From positions 5,317-69,316 of the forward strand of contig CAVXOV010000014.1 in the NCBI GenBank assembly GCA_963763345.1: a stretch of 64,000 nucleotides of DNA, written 5' to 3'. The stretch's first letter is position 1. Every line of letters starts with the position of its first letter. Below the pieces are notes generated by a model. It saw only the letters and a program-made list of their open reading frames with translations. It had not been told where the DNA came from and ran no database searches. This document shows, piece by piece, positions 19,392 through 30,736 of this stretch. A program made the translations under genes and the position numbers. The stretch comes from an uncultured Candidatus Saccharibacteria bacterium. GTDB lineage: Bacteria > Bacteroidota > Bacteroidia > B-17B0 > Aurantibacillaceae.

Positions 19392-20717
19392 TTAAAACAC
19401 TTCAGATAAGTTAAAGAAAAAACCGTGCGAACCTCCTACACCCCAGGCGTAGTCTAAGGCGAAGTTTACTTTAGATACTTTATTAATCTTTAAACGTATT
19501 CCTAATCCGGCAGCAGGCAATATGGTTGTGTATTGTGCTGTAAAAAAATTATTAGGTATAGTAGAAGCGTAGTTAGATACACTTTCGGCATTAGCAAACA
19601 CCACCCCGCCAAACAAACCATTTTTCGTGATGGTAAACCTGTATTCAGATTCTAAATAAATAAAGTTATCTCCTCTAAGTCTGCCTTGTATATAGCCTCT
19701 GCCTGTATTAGAATAAGTATCCCAGCCTGTGCTTGGTAAATCAAAATAAGGAGCTTTCCCTCCAAAAGTAAACCAATTGTAACTCCAAAGAGCCAACACA
19801 TGTCTATCGTTTCTATGAAGTTTGATAAACTTTCTTAAATCAATTTGCAGCGATTGCCAGTTTCTGTTGCTTCCAAATGTTTTGAGATTGCTATGAAAAA
19901 CAACATTGGCATAATTGCCTTTGTGCGGGTTATTTGTATTATCTCTGCTATCATACGTCAAGTTTAAAACCGGACCGGATGATACGGTTCTTTTCTTATT
20001 GCGGTTATATGTTTGAAAATCAGTTCCAAGCCCCGTTGTTTGGGCAACACTAATGTCAAAATGCCAATCAAGCCCATAACCAAGCCCTACATAAAAATTA
20101 GGGAAAAGCCTTTTAGACACTTGTTCATATGCTCTTACAAATGAATACCTAACCAGATTATTATTTGCTAAACTGGTTTGCCCGCCTAAACCATAGGTAT
20201 TAGTTGGATATAAATAATAACGCCAATCGCCCAACAAATTTATTCTGTTTTTGTTAAGCCATATATTAGATTGAACAGGTATCATAACCTGATGCTCTAA
20301 CGAAAATGCAGGGTTTATGGTAAAAGAAGAAAGCCGGATTTCTTTTCTGTTCTTCTTACTGGTAAAAAAAGAAATATTAATGGCAACTATACCGGTTACA
20401 CCTGTTTGCAGGGCATAACCAACCGCCGGCAGAAAAGCAAAGTACACCATACCTGAATCTTTTTTGATGCTGTCGGAAACTATGGGGTGTCTTAATTTAT
20501 GCGGGGTAAAAAAACGAATAACATTCTGGGTAACATCAATCAAATCTTTTTCAATTAATTTATCTACTACTACAGCATCATGCCGAATAACGCTATCTTG
20601 AAGTATATCGGTAGTATTTTGAGCATTACAGAAACAAGAAACAAATAGCAGGAAACAAGTAACAATAACGTTGATAATATTTGGCACTTTGTCGTGTAGA
20701 CAATTAGTTAATTTCAT
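19392..20717 (-). CDS. Omp85/BamA-TamA-like outer membrane beta-barrel (no evident POTRA)
   Basis: YDSRDN, GRGYIQGR, SEYRF, C-terminal ...FNLSEVF. Confidence 0.8.
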   Translation of the reverse strand: MKLTNCLHDKVPNIINVIVTCFLLFVSCFCNAQNTTDILQDSVIRHDAVVVDKLIEKDLIDVTQNVIRFFTPHKLRHPIVSDSIKKDSGMVYFAFLPAVGYALQTGVTGIVAINISFFTSKKNRKEIRLSSFTINPAFSLEHQVMIPVQSNIWLNKNRINLLGDWRYYLYPTNTYGLGGQTSLANNNLVRYSFVRAYEQVSKRLFPNFYVGLGYGLDWHFDISVAQTTGLGTDFQTYNRNKKRTVSSGPVLNLTYDSRDNTNNPHKGNYANVVFHSNLKTFGSNRNWQSLQIDLRKFIKLHRNDRHVLALWSYNWFTFGGKAPYFDLPSTGWDTYSNTGRGYIQGRLRGDNFIYLESEYRFTITKNGLFGGVVFANAESVSNYASTIPNNFFTAQYTTILPAAGLGIRLKINKVSKVNFALDYAWGVGGSHGFFFNLSEVF

Positions 20718-20921
20718 TGTGTGGCAGTCAACTCTTAAAATTGACTAATTGTATGGCTCAAATATCTTAATTTATGTTTAACACTTTTTACTAAATAATC
20801 TTAAAGGTTTTAACATCTGTTTGTTAGATGAAGGTTTATTCAAAAGGTTTAATTTAGCTCTATTTGGGCTTCTCTGCCCTTATTCGTACATTTGCCTTGT
20901 AATACCTTAAACCCAATACCT

Positions 20922-22154
20922 ATGCAAGTTATGGAAGCCCCAAAAACAAAAACAGAACAGCTGATAGCGCTTGAAGACAATTACGGAGCGCATAATTACC
21001 ATCCCTTACCTGTAGTTTTAGATAGGGGAGAGGGGGTATTTGTTTGGGATGTAGAGGGGAAAAAGTATTATGATTTCCTTTCTGCATACTCTGCCGTAAA
21101 TCAAGGGCATTGCCATCCTAAAATAACTTCGGTATTTATAGAACAGGCTCAAAAACTGGCATTAACATCGCGTGCATTTTATAACAGTTCGTTAGGTGAG
21201 TATGAGAAGTATATTACCAACTACTTTGGCTATGATAAAGTATTGCCCATGAACAGCGGTGCAGAGGCTGTGGAAACTGCCATCAAATTAGCACGCAAGT
21301 GGGGTTATGAAAGGAAAGGTGTTGCCGAAAATCAGGCAAAGATAGTGGTGTGCGAAAGTAACTTTCACGGGCGTACCGTAAACATTATTTCTTTTAGTAC
21401 CGATGACGACTCTAAACAAAACTTTGGTCCGTTTAATACGGGGTATATCACTATTCCATACAACAATACGGCTGCATTGGAAGAAGCCTTAAAAGACGAA
21501 AGCATTGTGGGCTTTTTGGTAGAACCCATACAAGGCGAAGCAGGTGTGAAGGTTCCGGCTGATGGTTATTTAAAAACCTGCTACAATTTATGCCAACAAC
21601 ATAATGTATTGTTTATTGCCGACGAAATTCAAACCGGACTATCGCGCACAGGTCGTTTACTGGCTTGCGATTGGGAGCATGTGCATGCTGATGTATTAAT
21701 ATTAGGTAAAGCACTTTCGGGTGGTATGTATCCGGTATCAGCTGTATTGGCTAATGATGAGATAATGATGCTTATTAAACCCGGACAGCATGGTTCTACT
21801 TATGGTGGAAACCCAATTGCAGCAAGGGTTGCTATGGCTGCTTTAGAAGTGCTGCGTGATGAAAAGCTATCCGAGCGTGCCGAGTATTTAGGTACTATTT
21901 TACGCGAAGAATTACGCAAAATAAAATCTCCGTTGCTAAAAGAAGTGCGTGGCAAAGGCTTACTAAATGCTATTGAGATTAACGAAACTCCCGATAAAAC
22001 TGCTTGGGATATTTGCCTGCGCTTAGCCGATAAAGGGTTGCTGGCAAAACCAACCCACGGCAACATTATACGTTTTGCACCGCCTTTGGTTATTACTGAA
22101 GAGCAGATTAAAGATTGTGCCCGTATTATTACTGAGGTGATAGAAGCTTTTTAG
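20922..22154 (+). CDS. rocD: Ornithine--oxo-acid aminotransferase
   Basis: [43 protein letters not shown]. Confidence 0.95.
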   Translation: MQVMEAPKTKTEQLIALEDNYGAHNYHPLPVVLDRGEGVFVWDVEGKKYYDFLSAYSAVNQGHCHPKITSVFIEQAQKLALTSRAFYNSSLGEYEKYITNYFGYDKVLPMNSGAEAVETAIKLARKWGYERKGVAENQAKIVVCESNFHGRTVNIISFSTDDDSKQNFGPFNTGYITIPYNNTAALEEALKDESIVGFLVEPIQGEAGVKVPADGYLKTCYNLCQQHNVLFIADEIQTGLSRTGRLLACDWEHVHADVLILGKALSGGMYPVSAVLANDEIMMLIKPGQHGSTYGGNPIAARVAMAALEVLRDEKLSERAEYLGTILREELRKIKSPLLKEVRGKGLLNAIEINETPDKTAWDICLRLADKGLLAKPTHGNIIRFAPPLVITEEQIKDCARIITEVIEAF

Positions 22155-22164
22155 TAAGTCTTCC

Positions 22165-22389
22165 TTAATTTAAAGTACAGCTCATACTTACATCTCCTAA
22201 ATTAGAAGTATAATTTCTGCCTGTACATTCTTTTTTAGCAGCATTTTTAGTATTTTTTACAACTAAAGTATCTGTTTGTGTTACATAACCAATGGCTGTT
22301 GTAACGCAGGTGCAGTTGTAATTGTTTTTTGCGCAAGAACTTAAAACAGCTATAACAAATAGGGGTAGTAGTAGTTTTTTTATTTTCAT
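22165..22389 (-). CDS. Small Cys-rich lipoprotein
   Basis: MKIKKLL..VLSSC lipobox; CTC...C...C; TATCTTTG box 6 nt upstream of ATG. Confidence 0.75.
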   Translation of the reverse strand: MKIKKLLLPLFVIAVLSSCAKNNYNCTCVTTAIGYVTQTDTLVVKNTKNAAKKECTGRNYTSNLGDVSMSCTLN

Positions 22390-22660
22390 ACTGCGCAAAG
22401 ATAATAAACCTGCTTATATATAAATGTTAAAGTTTTTCAATTAAAGCATCCTATTACTTAACATAATTTAAAAAGTATAAACACTGTTTATTAATAGGTT
22501 TGTAACCTAAACCTATTCGATTTGGAAAGATATATACACAAAGAAAACGATTGGAGAAAAAGTAAGTATTTCGGACTGTTTATTTACGGCTTATTGTCGG
22601 GCATATTAATAGGAATTATTATTACTATTTTTTACCTGAAATAAATATACACACTTGGCT

Positions 22661-23038
22661 TTACTTCTTAGGTAAAACTTCAGGTGGTTGTGTATTCCTT
22701 TCCATTAGATAGACAATAGAAGGAGGCTTTCTGGTAAGTGTATCGGATACCGCATATCTTGAATCTTTATATCCTTCCTTTTTAAACTCAAGCACATCGC
22801 CAGGTTTTGCCATCAATAAAAAAAATCCCTTATCATCGGTAAGTACCGAAAAGAAGTAACTATAATCTATACTATCTGTTTTTATTATTTTAATAGATAC
22901 TGAAGGAATTGCATTTAGGCTATCTCCAGCAACTACCACACCTGATAACTGAATAGGCTTTTTTATAGGTTTTGTAGTTTGCGAGAAAGATGAAAACTCA
23001 AACAACACAAGTATTAATGCAATTAATAACCCTTTCAT
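22661..23038 (-). CDS. Carboxypeptidase-regulatory-like domain exported protein
   Basis: Signal peptide; QLSGVVV.GDSL...TDDKGFF..AKPGD..F...GYK; paralogous to 40806..41483. Confidence 0.75.
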   Translation of the reverse strand: MKGLLIALILVLFEFSSFSQTTKPIKKPIQLSGVVVAGDSLNAIPSVSIKIIKTDSIDYSYFFSVLTDDKGFFLLMAKPGDVLEFKKEGYKDSRYAVSDTLTRKPPSIVYLMERNTQPPEVLPKK

Positions 23039-23381
23039 AAAAACAAATGTAGTTATTTGTTTTGTTTATTCATAACCACCTATCTTAAATGAAGTATTTA
23101 AAAGACTAGAGATAGAAACCTGCTTTTAGTTAAAGTTTCATCTTATTAATAGTAATTATTAGAATAAGAGATATTACTCCAAGTATAAAGGTAGTCCAAT
23201 TCCAAATTTTAGCGTTTCTCTTTGCTTCCTTTGTATGTAGTGCCATGGCGCATAATTAGCGCATTGTTTCTTTCTGTACAAAATATTTAGCCATATACAA
23301 AAACTACACCGACGAATTAGTTATCGTACAAGACAAAAAATATAGGTAATAGTGCGTTGTAACTCCCTTCAACGAAGCATT

Positions 23382-26309
23382 TTAATAACCGAATACTTCT
23401 TTAAGTGTAAGGTATTTAACTTGTCCGTACTTCTCAAGGATTTTAGAATCAAGTAAATCTTTTCTACCTACTACAAGTAGGGATAAAGGTAAAGGCTTTA
23501 TATAAGTCTGCTGAAACTTCTTTACATCATCAAAACTCATAGTCTGTACTTTATCAAAAATATTCTTTCTTACATCATAGTTTAAACCTAATTTGCGTGC
23601 ACTTTCGTAGTTAAGTAACAATTGCATTTTAGTTAAACGTTCATTACGAATACTAGAAATAATAGCATCTTTAGCAGAGTTAAAGGTAACATCAGATGTG
23701 GGCAGGTCTTGTATTAAATCACTCATTCCCTGCAAAGCATCACTTAATTTATCAGCCTGACTACCGATATAAGTGCTTAAATAAAATGATTTATTCTTAT
23801 TGCTTGGTTGCCTGTAACTACCACTAACAGAATAAGCCAACGCTTTAGACTCACGTAATTCCTGAAATAAAACAGACGACATGTTTCCTCCAAAATACTC
23901 ATTATACATTCTTATTTGCGGAATGTTTGCATCACTAAAAGGTTCTCCTTTTCCAACCATTAATATTTCAGCTTGTTTCATATCATAATCAACCACATAA
24001 ACCTGATTACCTGTTTTCTGTTCTGTCAAGCTAATCATGGCATCCGGCTTTTGTAAACTTCCTGCGAAATGATTTTTTTGCAAAGCAGCTTTAGCATCGA
24101 TTAATGCAAGCGGACCATAGTATAGAATGCGGTGTTCATATTTAGTTAAAGATGTTATCAGTTTAATTAAATCCACTGCTTTTATTTGTTTTAACTCATC
24201 ATCACTATAAACATTCGTAAAAGGATTAACGGCTCCGTAGGTTGCGTAGTTAGCCAACCCTCTTCTAAGTATAATGCCTTTATTTAATTTTGCATCATTA
24301 CGTTGTTTAATCATATCCTGAATTAAATTATCCAACGCGGTTTGGTTTACCTGTACGTTGGCAAGTGTGTGTTCAAACAAATCAAGTGCTTTGGTAAAGT
24401 TGTCGCTTAAACCACTTAAGGTTAAAAGGGTTTGTTCGTCGGGATTAAACAATCTGAATGTTTGTTCATCATGCGGAGTTACATCAAAGGAACAAGCCAG
24501 CTTGTAAAACTCTTCCTGTAATTGAGCCGGAGTATATTTGTTAGTACCAAGGTATTGTAAATACTGTAAAGCAATAGGTAACAAACGGTTGTTATTGCTG
24601 CCCATATCAAAGGTATAATACAAATCGAAGGTGGCATTTTCTTTATTGGCATTATACAACACAGGTATGTTGTTAGATAAACTGGTTTGAGCAATATCTT
24701 TATCATAATTAATAAACACGGGTTGTATAGGTTCGGGTTTATTAGCCATTAAAGCTTTTAAGAAAGTAGACTGGTCGGCTCTATTCACTGCCACAGGTGT
24801 AATAGCAGGTTTATCTACCTTTTGCACATTTTTATCTTCACCAATGTGTTTGTTAACCAATACGTAATTATCATTCAGATTCTTTTTAGCAAAATCTACA
24901 ATATGTTGTTTGGTTATTTTAGAAAGACGGTCTATTAACCCAATACGATGCTCCCATGTTTCATTAGAAGTAAAAGCAGTCATAATTTCTGCGCAACGTG
25001 CCTGATTGTTTTCAAGGGTTTTGGTAAGGTTTAGTTTTAGGTTAGCTAAGTTAGCCTGTATCAACCACTCATCAAACTTACCGTCTTTTATGTTTTGTAT
25101 TTGTTCTTTAATAAGTTTTACAACCTCTTCTAAGCTTTGCCCTTGTTTAGGTTTGCCTGTAAGACCAAGGATAGAATAATCTGCCAACTCAAAATCAAAA
25201 GCTCCCGCTTCTAACACCTTTTGTTGTTGGTTTAGGTTAATATCCATAATACCTGCTTTGCCATTAGTTAAGATAAGAGCCAGTAATTTTATCATATCGG
25301 CATCGGCGCTATTTACTCCCGGAAAGCGATAAGCAAATAATACATTCTCGGCATCAGGGCCATATACATCTTTTACAATAGGTTTAGTTATAGGGGCTTC
25401 CGGTTGAAAGGTAAACTTAGGCACAGGTTTGGTTTGCATGTAAGAGAATTTCTGTTCAATATCTTTAATGGTTTTCTCGGGGTCAACATCTCCGGCAATA
25501 ATAATAGCCATGTTATTGGGCACGTAGTAGGTATTATAGTATTCCATAATCTTCTTCATCGAAGGGTTTTTTAAATGTTCTATAGTACCAATGGTAGTTT
25601 GTGTTCCGTAGGTATGATTCTTAAATAAACCTGCAAATAAGGATTCAAATACTTTTTCTCCATCGTTATCCAAGCCACGGTTTTTTTCTTCATATACTGC
25701 CTCTAACTCGGTATGAAACAAACGAAGTACAGGTTTACGGTATTTCTCGCTTTCTAAGGATAGATAATTACTTATTTCGTTGCTGGGCACATCATTTACA
25801 TAAACAGTTTGCTCGAAAGATGTAAACGCATTCGTACCCTTAAAGCCCATACCGCTGCATAGCTTATCAAACTCGTTAGCTATGGCAAAGGTTGCCGCAA
25901 CACCACTCAAACTATCTATTTGATGGTATATCTTTTTGCGTTGTGCCTCGTCTTTTGTTTTGCGATACACTTCATACTTATCAGATATGGCAGCAATAAG
26001 GGGCTCTTCTTTACTATAATCTTTAGTACCCAGCTTATCAGTACCTTTAAACAGCATGTGCTCTAAGTAATGTGCTAAGCCCGTTGCATCATGCGGGTCA
26101 TTTTTACTGCCTGCCTTAGTGGCAATCATGGTATAAGCACGTGGAGCATCTTTATACACACTAAAGTAAACAGTTAAGCCATTCTCTAACTTATATTCTT
26201 TCAGTTTAAAAGGGTCGTTGGGGTAGGTGGTGACTTTATTTGTTTGAGCGATGGCAAAGCAAGTACTTATACAAAGTAGAGTCGAAATAATTAGTTTTTT
26301 ATAAATCAT
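23382..26309 (-). CDS. M16 (insulinase) family zinc metallopeptidase
   Basis: HYLEH inverted zinc motif, NAFT, FQELRESKALAY; signal peptide. Confidence 0.93.
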   Translation of the reverse strand: MIYKKLIISTLLCISTCFAIAQTNKVTTYPNDPFKLKEYKLENGLTVYFSVYKDAPRAYTMIATKAGSKNDPHDATGLAHYLEHMLFKGTDKLGTKDYSKEEPLIAAISDKYEVYRKTKDEAQRKKIYHQIDSLSGVAATFAIANEFDKLCSGMGFKGTNAFTSFEQTVYVNDVPSNEISNYLSLESEKYRKPVLRLFHTELEAVYEEKNRGLDNDGEKVFESLFAGLFKNHTYGTQTTIGTIEHLKNPSMKKIMEYYNTYYVPNNMAIIIAGDVDPEKTIKDIEQKFSYMQTKPVPKFTFQPEAPITKPIVKDVYGPDAENVLFAYRFPGVNSADADMIKLLALILTNGKAGIMDINLNQQQKVLEAGAFDFELADYSILGLTGKPKQGQSLEEVVKLIKEQIQNIKDGKFDEWLIQANLANLKLNLTKTLENNQARCAEIMTAFTSNETWEHRIGLIDRLSKITKQHIVDFAKKNLNDNYVLVNKHIGEDKNVQKVDKPAITPVAVNRADQSTFLKALMANKPEPIQPVFINYDKDIAQTSLSNNIPVLYNANKENATFDLYYTFDMGSNNNRLLPIALQYLQYLGTNKYTPAQLQEEFYKLACSFDVTPHDEQTFRLFNPDEQTLLTLSGLSDNFTKALDLFEHTLANVQVNQTALDNLIQDMIKQRNDAKLNKGIILRRGLANYATYGAVNPFTNVYSDDELKQIKAVDLIKLITSLTKYEHRILYYGPLALIDAKAALQKNHFAGSLQKPDAMISLTEQKTGNQVYVVDYDMKQAEILMVGKGEPFSDANIPQIRMYNEYFGGNMSSVLFQELRESKALAYSVSGSYRQPSNKNKSFYLSTYIGSQADKLSDALQGMSDLIQDLPTSDVTFNSAKDAIISSIRNERLTKMQLLLNYESARKLGLNYDVRKNIFDKVQTMSFDDVKKFQQTYIKPLPLSLLVVGRKDLLDSKILEKYGQVKYLTLKEVFGY

Positions 26310-26438
26310 GATTTTTAAATTGGTTCGTAAAAGTATAATAAATATCCAAACCATAATACAAATGGGATAGGCGGTAATATGATGTTATAAATGATGTATG
26401 GCAGGTTTTTTTGTACGTTTGTAAAGTAAAAATGTATT

Positions 26439-28256
26439 ATGAAAAAAATAAAAACTCTTAGCATAATCACATTAATATCTATATGTAGTATTCTTTCTGT
26501 TTATAGAATTAATGTGGTTCATAAAGATGAAATTGCCTGGGATGTTTTAGGCTATTATTTATACCTGCCTGCCACTTTTATTCACCACGATCCTATGTTA
26601 AAAGACATTACTTGGTTAAAGCAAGTTAACGACGAAAAACATTTAGCCGGAACACTTTATATGGTATCTCAAAATAAGGCAGGAGAGCCCATGTACTTTT
26701 TCTTAATGGGTATGGCACTTTTCTATCTTCCTTTCTTTTTTTTAGGAAGTATTTATGCTGCTATGTGTGGTTTGGCTGTGGATGGTTTTAGTCTTCCGTA
26801 TCAATATTTTCTGGTAATAGGCGGAATTGTATATACCATCATAGGACTGATATTCTTACGAAAAATACTGTTGCAGTTTTTCTCAGAAAAACTATCATCC
26901 CTGCTGATGATAATTATAGTTTTTGGCACAAACTACATTAACCAACTTACCATAGATAATTTAGCAACGGTTAATGTAATCTTTATGCTCACCACTATCA
27001 TAGTATGGAATACCATAAAATGGCACGAAAACTATAGCGGTAAACATTTAATTGCCATTGGTATGAGTACTACGCTGGTTACATTAGTAAAGCCAAGCGA
27101 GGTATTTGTTTTGCTAATACCTCTATTATGGAATGTAGTATCGGTTGAAAGTATCAAAAAAAAGTGGTTCAAACTCATGGCTAATAAAAAAGCCTTATTA
27201 ACTACAATAGGAATATGCCTCATGATAGTTTTACCACAAATGCTTTATTGGCATCATAAAACCGGAATGTTCATATACGACAGTTATAAAAGTCCAGGTG
27301 TGGGGTTAGATATTTTCTCTCCTCATATTATGAATAGTTTGTTTAGTTACAGAAAAGGTTGGCTTCTGTATACCCCTATTGTGATATTCTCTTTGATGGG
27401 TTTTTATGCTCTTTATAAAAAAAATAGACAAATATTTTACGCATCTGCTGTATATTTTTTAGTGTCGTTTTATATTATTGCCAGTTGGAGTGAGTGGTGG
27501 TATGGCGCATCTTATTCAATCCGCCCATTAATTGCAACCTACCCTATTTTAGCTATTTGTATGGGCTATTTTTTACAATATGTAAACAGAAGTAACCTTA
27601 TTTTTAAGATTGTAATTAGCAGTAGTATTTTGTTCTTTATTTTTTTAAACCAGTTTCAATGGTGGCAATACAAAAACTATATCCTCAATCCATATAGAAC
27701 TACTAAAGAATATTATTGGGCAACTTTTCTTAAAACAAACGTTACCGAAGCCGATGAAGAATTACTGATGGTTTACAGAGATTTTTCGGGAAAGATGGAA
27801 TTTAAACACAAGTACAGGTATCAAAAAACACTTTTAATAAGTGAAGATTTTGAGGAAGAAGAAACCAAAGGAAATCAATCCGAAAACAATAATTATTTCC
27901 ATCGCATGAACAAAGGAGATGAATACTTTACCATTTTAGAAACTCCATACCGAGAAATAACACAAAAAGACCATGTATGGCTAAAGGTAAGCATGGATAT
28001 TCGTTTCCCAGAAAACTTTCAAGGGCAAGCGCCCTGTTTAGTTAATTCAATGGAGCGTAAAATATGGTCATATGGCTACTCTGCTACTGAGTTAAAACCA
28101 GATTCAGTTCCCAACCATTGGCACAGAGTAGAAGTCACATACCTTACCCCCGAAATCAGATCCGATAAAGACATCTTTAAATGTTATTTATGGAAACGAG
28201 GAAAAAGTACTTTTGATATAGACAACCTTAAAATAGAGGTATATAAAAGAAAATAA
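26439..28256 (+). CDS. GT-C-like multi-TM protein with C-terminal beta-sandwich domain
   Basis: WDVLGYYLYLP, SYRKGWLLYTP, WWYG motifs typical of Bacteroidota membrane glycosyltransferase-like proteins. Confidence 0.65.
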   Translation: MKKIKTLSIITLISICSILSVYRINVVHKDEIAWDVLGYYLYLPATFIHHDPMLKDITWLKQVNDEKHLAGTLYMVSQNKAGEPMYFFLMGMALFYLPFFFLGSIYAAMCGLAVDGFSLPYQYFLVIGGIVYTIIGLIFLRKILLQFFSEKLSSLLMIIIVFGTNYINQLTIDNLATVNVIFMLTTIIVWNTIKWHENYSGKHLIAIGMSTTLVTLVKPSEVFVLLIPLLWNVVSVESIKKKWFKLMANKKALLTTIGICLMIVLPQMLYWHHKTGMFIYDSYKSPGVGLDIFSPHIMNSLFSYRKGWLLYTPIVIFSLMGFYALYKKNRQIFYASAVYFLVSFYIIASWSEWWYGASYSIRPLIATYPILAICMGYFLQYVNRSNLIFKIVISSSILFFIFLNQFQWWQYKNYILNPYRTTKEYYWATFLKTNVTEADEELLMVYRDFSGKMEFKHKYRYQKTLLISEDFEEEETKGNQSENNNYFHRMNKGDEYFTILETPYREITQKDHVWLKVSMDIRFPENFQGQAPCLVNSMERKIWSYGYSATELKPDSVPNHWHRVEVTYLTPEIRSDKDIFKCYLWKRGKSTFDIDNLKIEVYKRK

Positions 28257-28471
28257 CCTTAATTAGTCCCCCCTTTTTAAGCACTTATCAAGAATGGTGT
28301 CTCTCTTTTAGCATTAGAGCTTGCAGTGGAAATTATAGCATTATAATGAATGGAACGCATCTGTCTATTTTTACCTACTACCCTTCTCCATTCACCTACC
28401 AACAAGCTAGGCTTACCTAATTAACGTTTGTATTTAAGTCCTAAAAATTACCTTTGCCAAAAATTATTTAT

Positions 28472-29758
28472 ATGGCTGATACTTCGCAAACAAAAACCAA
28501 AGCAACCTTTACCACATATGAGGCTTTAATTATTGCCATACTTGCCATTACGCAGTTTACCGTAATACTTGATTTTATGGTACTCTCTCCATTGGGTGCA
28601 CAATTAATGAAGGAACTAAGTATAAGCACCTCGCAGTTTGGTGCGGTGGTTTCGGCTTATGCGTTTAGTGCAGGTATTGCAGGGTTGCTAACCGCAGGCT
28701 TTGCCGATAAGTTTGATAGAAAAAAACTGCTGCTGTTCTTTTACAGCGGTTTTGTTATAGGTACTTTTTTATGTGGTATTGCCCCCGATTATAATTTCTT
28801 ACTAATGGCACGTATTGTTACGGGTTTATTTGGTGGGGTAATATCCTCTATATCTTTTGCCATCATTACCGACCTGTTTAAAATGGAAGTACGTGGCAGG
28901 GTAATGGGTTTTGTGCAAATGGCTTTTGCGGTAAGTCAGGTAATGGGTATCCCCGTAGGGCTATTATTAGCCAACAACTTTGGCTGGCATTCTCCTTTTA
29001 TGATGATAGTTATACTTGCCGCATTAACAGGTGTTTTAATTTTTGTAAAGATGAAACCTGTTGCCGAACATCTTAAAATTAAATCAGACAGAAATGCCTT
29101 TCAGCATTTATTTAAAACACTTTCAACACCTAATTACTTGCGTGGTTTTATGGCAACTGTTTTATTAGCCACCGGTGGGTTTATGTTAATGCCCTTTGGG
29201 AGTGCATTTAGCATTAGTAACTTAGGCTTAACACAAGATCAGCTTCCTATATTATATTTTATAACCGGTATCTTCTCTATGATATTCGGTCCTCTTTCCG
29301 GCAGACTTAGTGATAAAATAGGTAAGTACAATATGTTTGTAGTAGGTTCTATACTTACTATATTAATGGTTTCTATCTACACACATTTAACCGTTACTCC
29401 TTTGTGGCAAGTAATTGTATTAAACGTAATTCTGTTTGTGGGTATTTCATCACGCATGATTTCTGCTTCTGCATTAATGACCGCCGTACCTGAACCTCAA
29501 GACAGAGGTGCCTTTATGGGTATTAATGCATCTATACAACAATTATCGGGTGGTGTTGCCGCCTTTGCCGCCGGTAAAATTGTAGTTCAAAAAGAAAATG
29601 CTCCTTTACAACATTATGATATACTGGGCTATGTGGTGGTTACCAGCATGCTGATTACCATAGGTATGATGTATATTATTAATAAGCAGGTAATGGGTAA
29701 GAAACCCTCTTTCCCTATAGAAAAAGTAACTGAACCCAAAGCAGTAGAAACCGAGTAA
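28472..29758 (+). CDS. MFS transporter
   Basis: 12 TM; ADKFDRK and GRLSDKIG MFS motif A. Confidence 0.92.
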   Translation: MADTSQTKTKATFTTYEALIIAILAITQFTVILDFMVLSPLGAQLMKELSISTSQFGAVVSAYAFSAGIAGLLTAGFADKFDRKKLLLFFYSGFVIGTFLCGIAPDYNFLLMARIVTGLFGGVISSISFAIITDLFKMEVRGRVMGFVQMAFAVSQVMGIPVGLLLANNFGWHSPFMMIVILAALTGVLIFVKMKPVAEHLKIKSDRNAFQHLFKTLSTPNYLRGFMATVLLATGGFMLMPFGSAFSISNLGLTQDQLPILYFITGIFSMIFGPLSGRLSDKIGKYNMFVVGSILTILMVSIYTHLTVTPLWQVIVLNVILFVGISSRMISASALMTAVPEPQDRGAFMGINASIQQLSGGVAAFAAGKIVVQKENAPLQHYDILGYVVVTSMLITIGMMYIINKQVMGKKPSFPIEKVTEPKAVETE

Positions 29759-29826
29759 TTAAGTTTTTACGCTTTCAATAATTCTTCGTACTTTAGTGTG
29801 GCACAATTTTTGCTGTACAATAAGGT

Positions 29827-30666
29827 ATGAAGCTTTTCTTTAAGATTACGAAGATTGTTGTCTGTTGTGTAGTACTTATTTTTTTCTACTTCTTTAAAGA
29901 AGATGCAGCCATTTCACATATTCCGCAAAAAAGCGAAATACTTAGTCTGCCAACAAAAACAAACAATGCCTTTAAAGCAGGAGAAATACTTAGTTATCGC
30001 CTGCATTATGGTATTATAGATGCAGGCATTGCTGTTTTAGAAGTAAAACCCGAATTGCAGGAATTTGGTGGGCATCAGGTATATTACGTTGAAGGAGAAG
30101 GGCATTCAAACGGAGCATTTGATTGGTTCTTTAAAGTAAGAGATGTATTTAAAACATATATAGATAAAGATGCGCTAGTGCCGTGGTATTTTATGCGCCG
30201 TTGTAACGAAGGGGGATTTCTTATTAATCAGGATTATGTATTTAACCATTACATCAAAAAAGTAGATGTAGTTGGAGATAAAACTCAATACGATGCTCCT
30301 GAAGGCGTTCAGGATATGCTATCTTCTTTTTATTATGCACGTAATTTAGATTTTACCGATGCTAAAGAGAATGGCATTTACGAAATCCCAAGTTTTGTAG
30401 ATAAACAAAATTGGACACTTAAAATTAGGTACGTGGGTAAAGAAACTATCAAAACAGATGTAGGTAAATTCAAATGTTTAAAGTTCAGGCCTATTGTACA
30501 AACAGGAAATATTTTCAAAAAAGAAGAAGACTTATCTGTTTGGATTACCGATGATAAAAATCATATTCCATTGCGTGCGCAAGCCAAGATATTAGTGGGC
30601 TCTGTTAAGATGGATATAACTTCATATAAGAATCTGGCTAATCCTACTTCTAAAGTAGAGGAGTAA
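29827..30666 (+). CDS. DUF3108 domain protein
   Basis: AFKAGE.L.Y.LHYG, FKVRD, WITDDKNHIP. Confidence 0.85.
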   Translation: MKLFFKITKIVVCCVVLIFFYFFKEDAAISHIPQKSEILSLPTKTNNAFKAGEILSYRLHYGIIDAGIAVLEVKPELQEFGGHQVYYVEGEGHSNGAFDWFFKVRDVFKTYIDKDALVPWYFMRRCNEGGFLINQDYVFNHYIKKVDVVGDKTQYDAPEGVQDMLSSFYYARNLDFTDAKENGIYEIPSFVDKQNWTLKIRYVGKETIKTDVGKFKCLKFRPIVQTGNIFKKEEDLSVWITDDKNHIPLRAQAKILVGSVKMDITSYKNLANPTSKVEE

Positions 30667-30736
30667 AACTTATTGTCGGAAGTACGAAGTATAGAAATCT
30701 TCCTTTTACTTATAACTTTACATCTTTAATTTATAT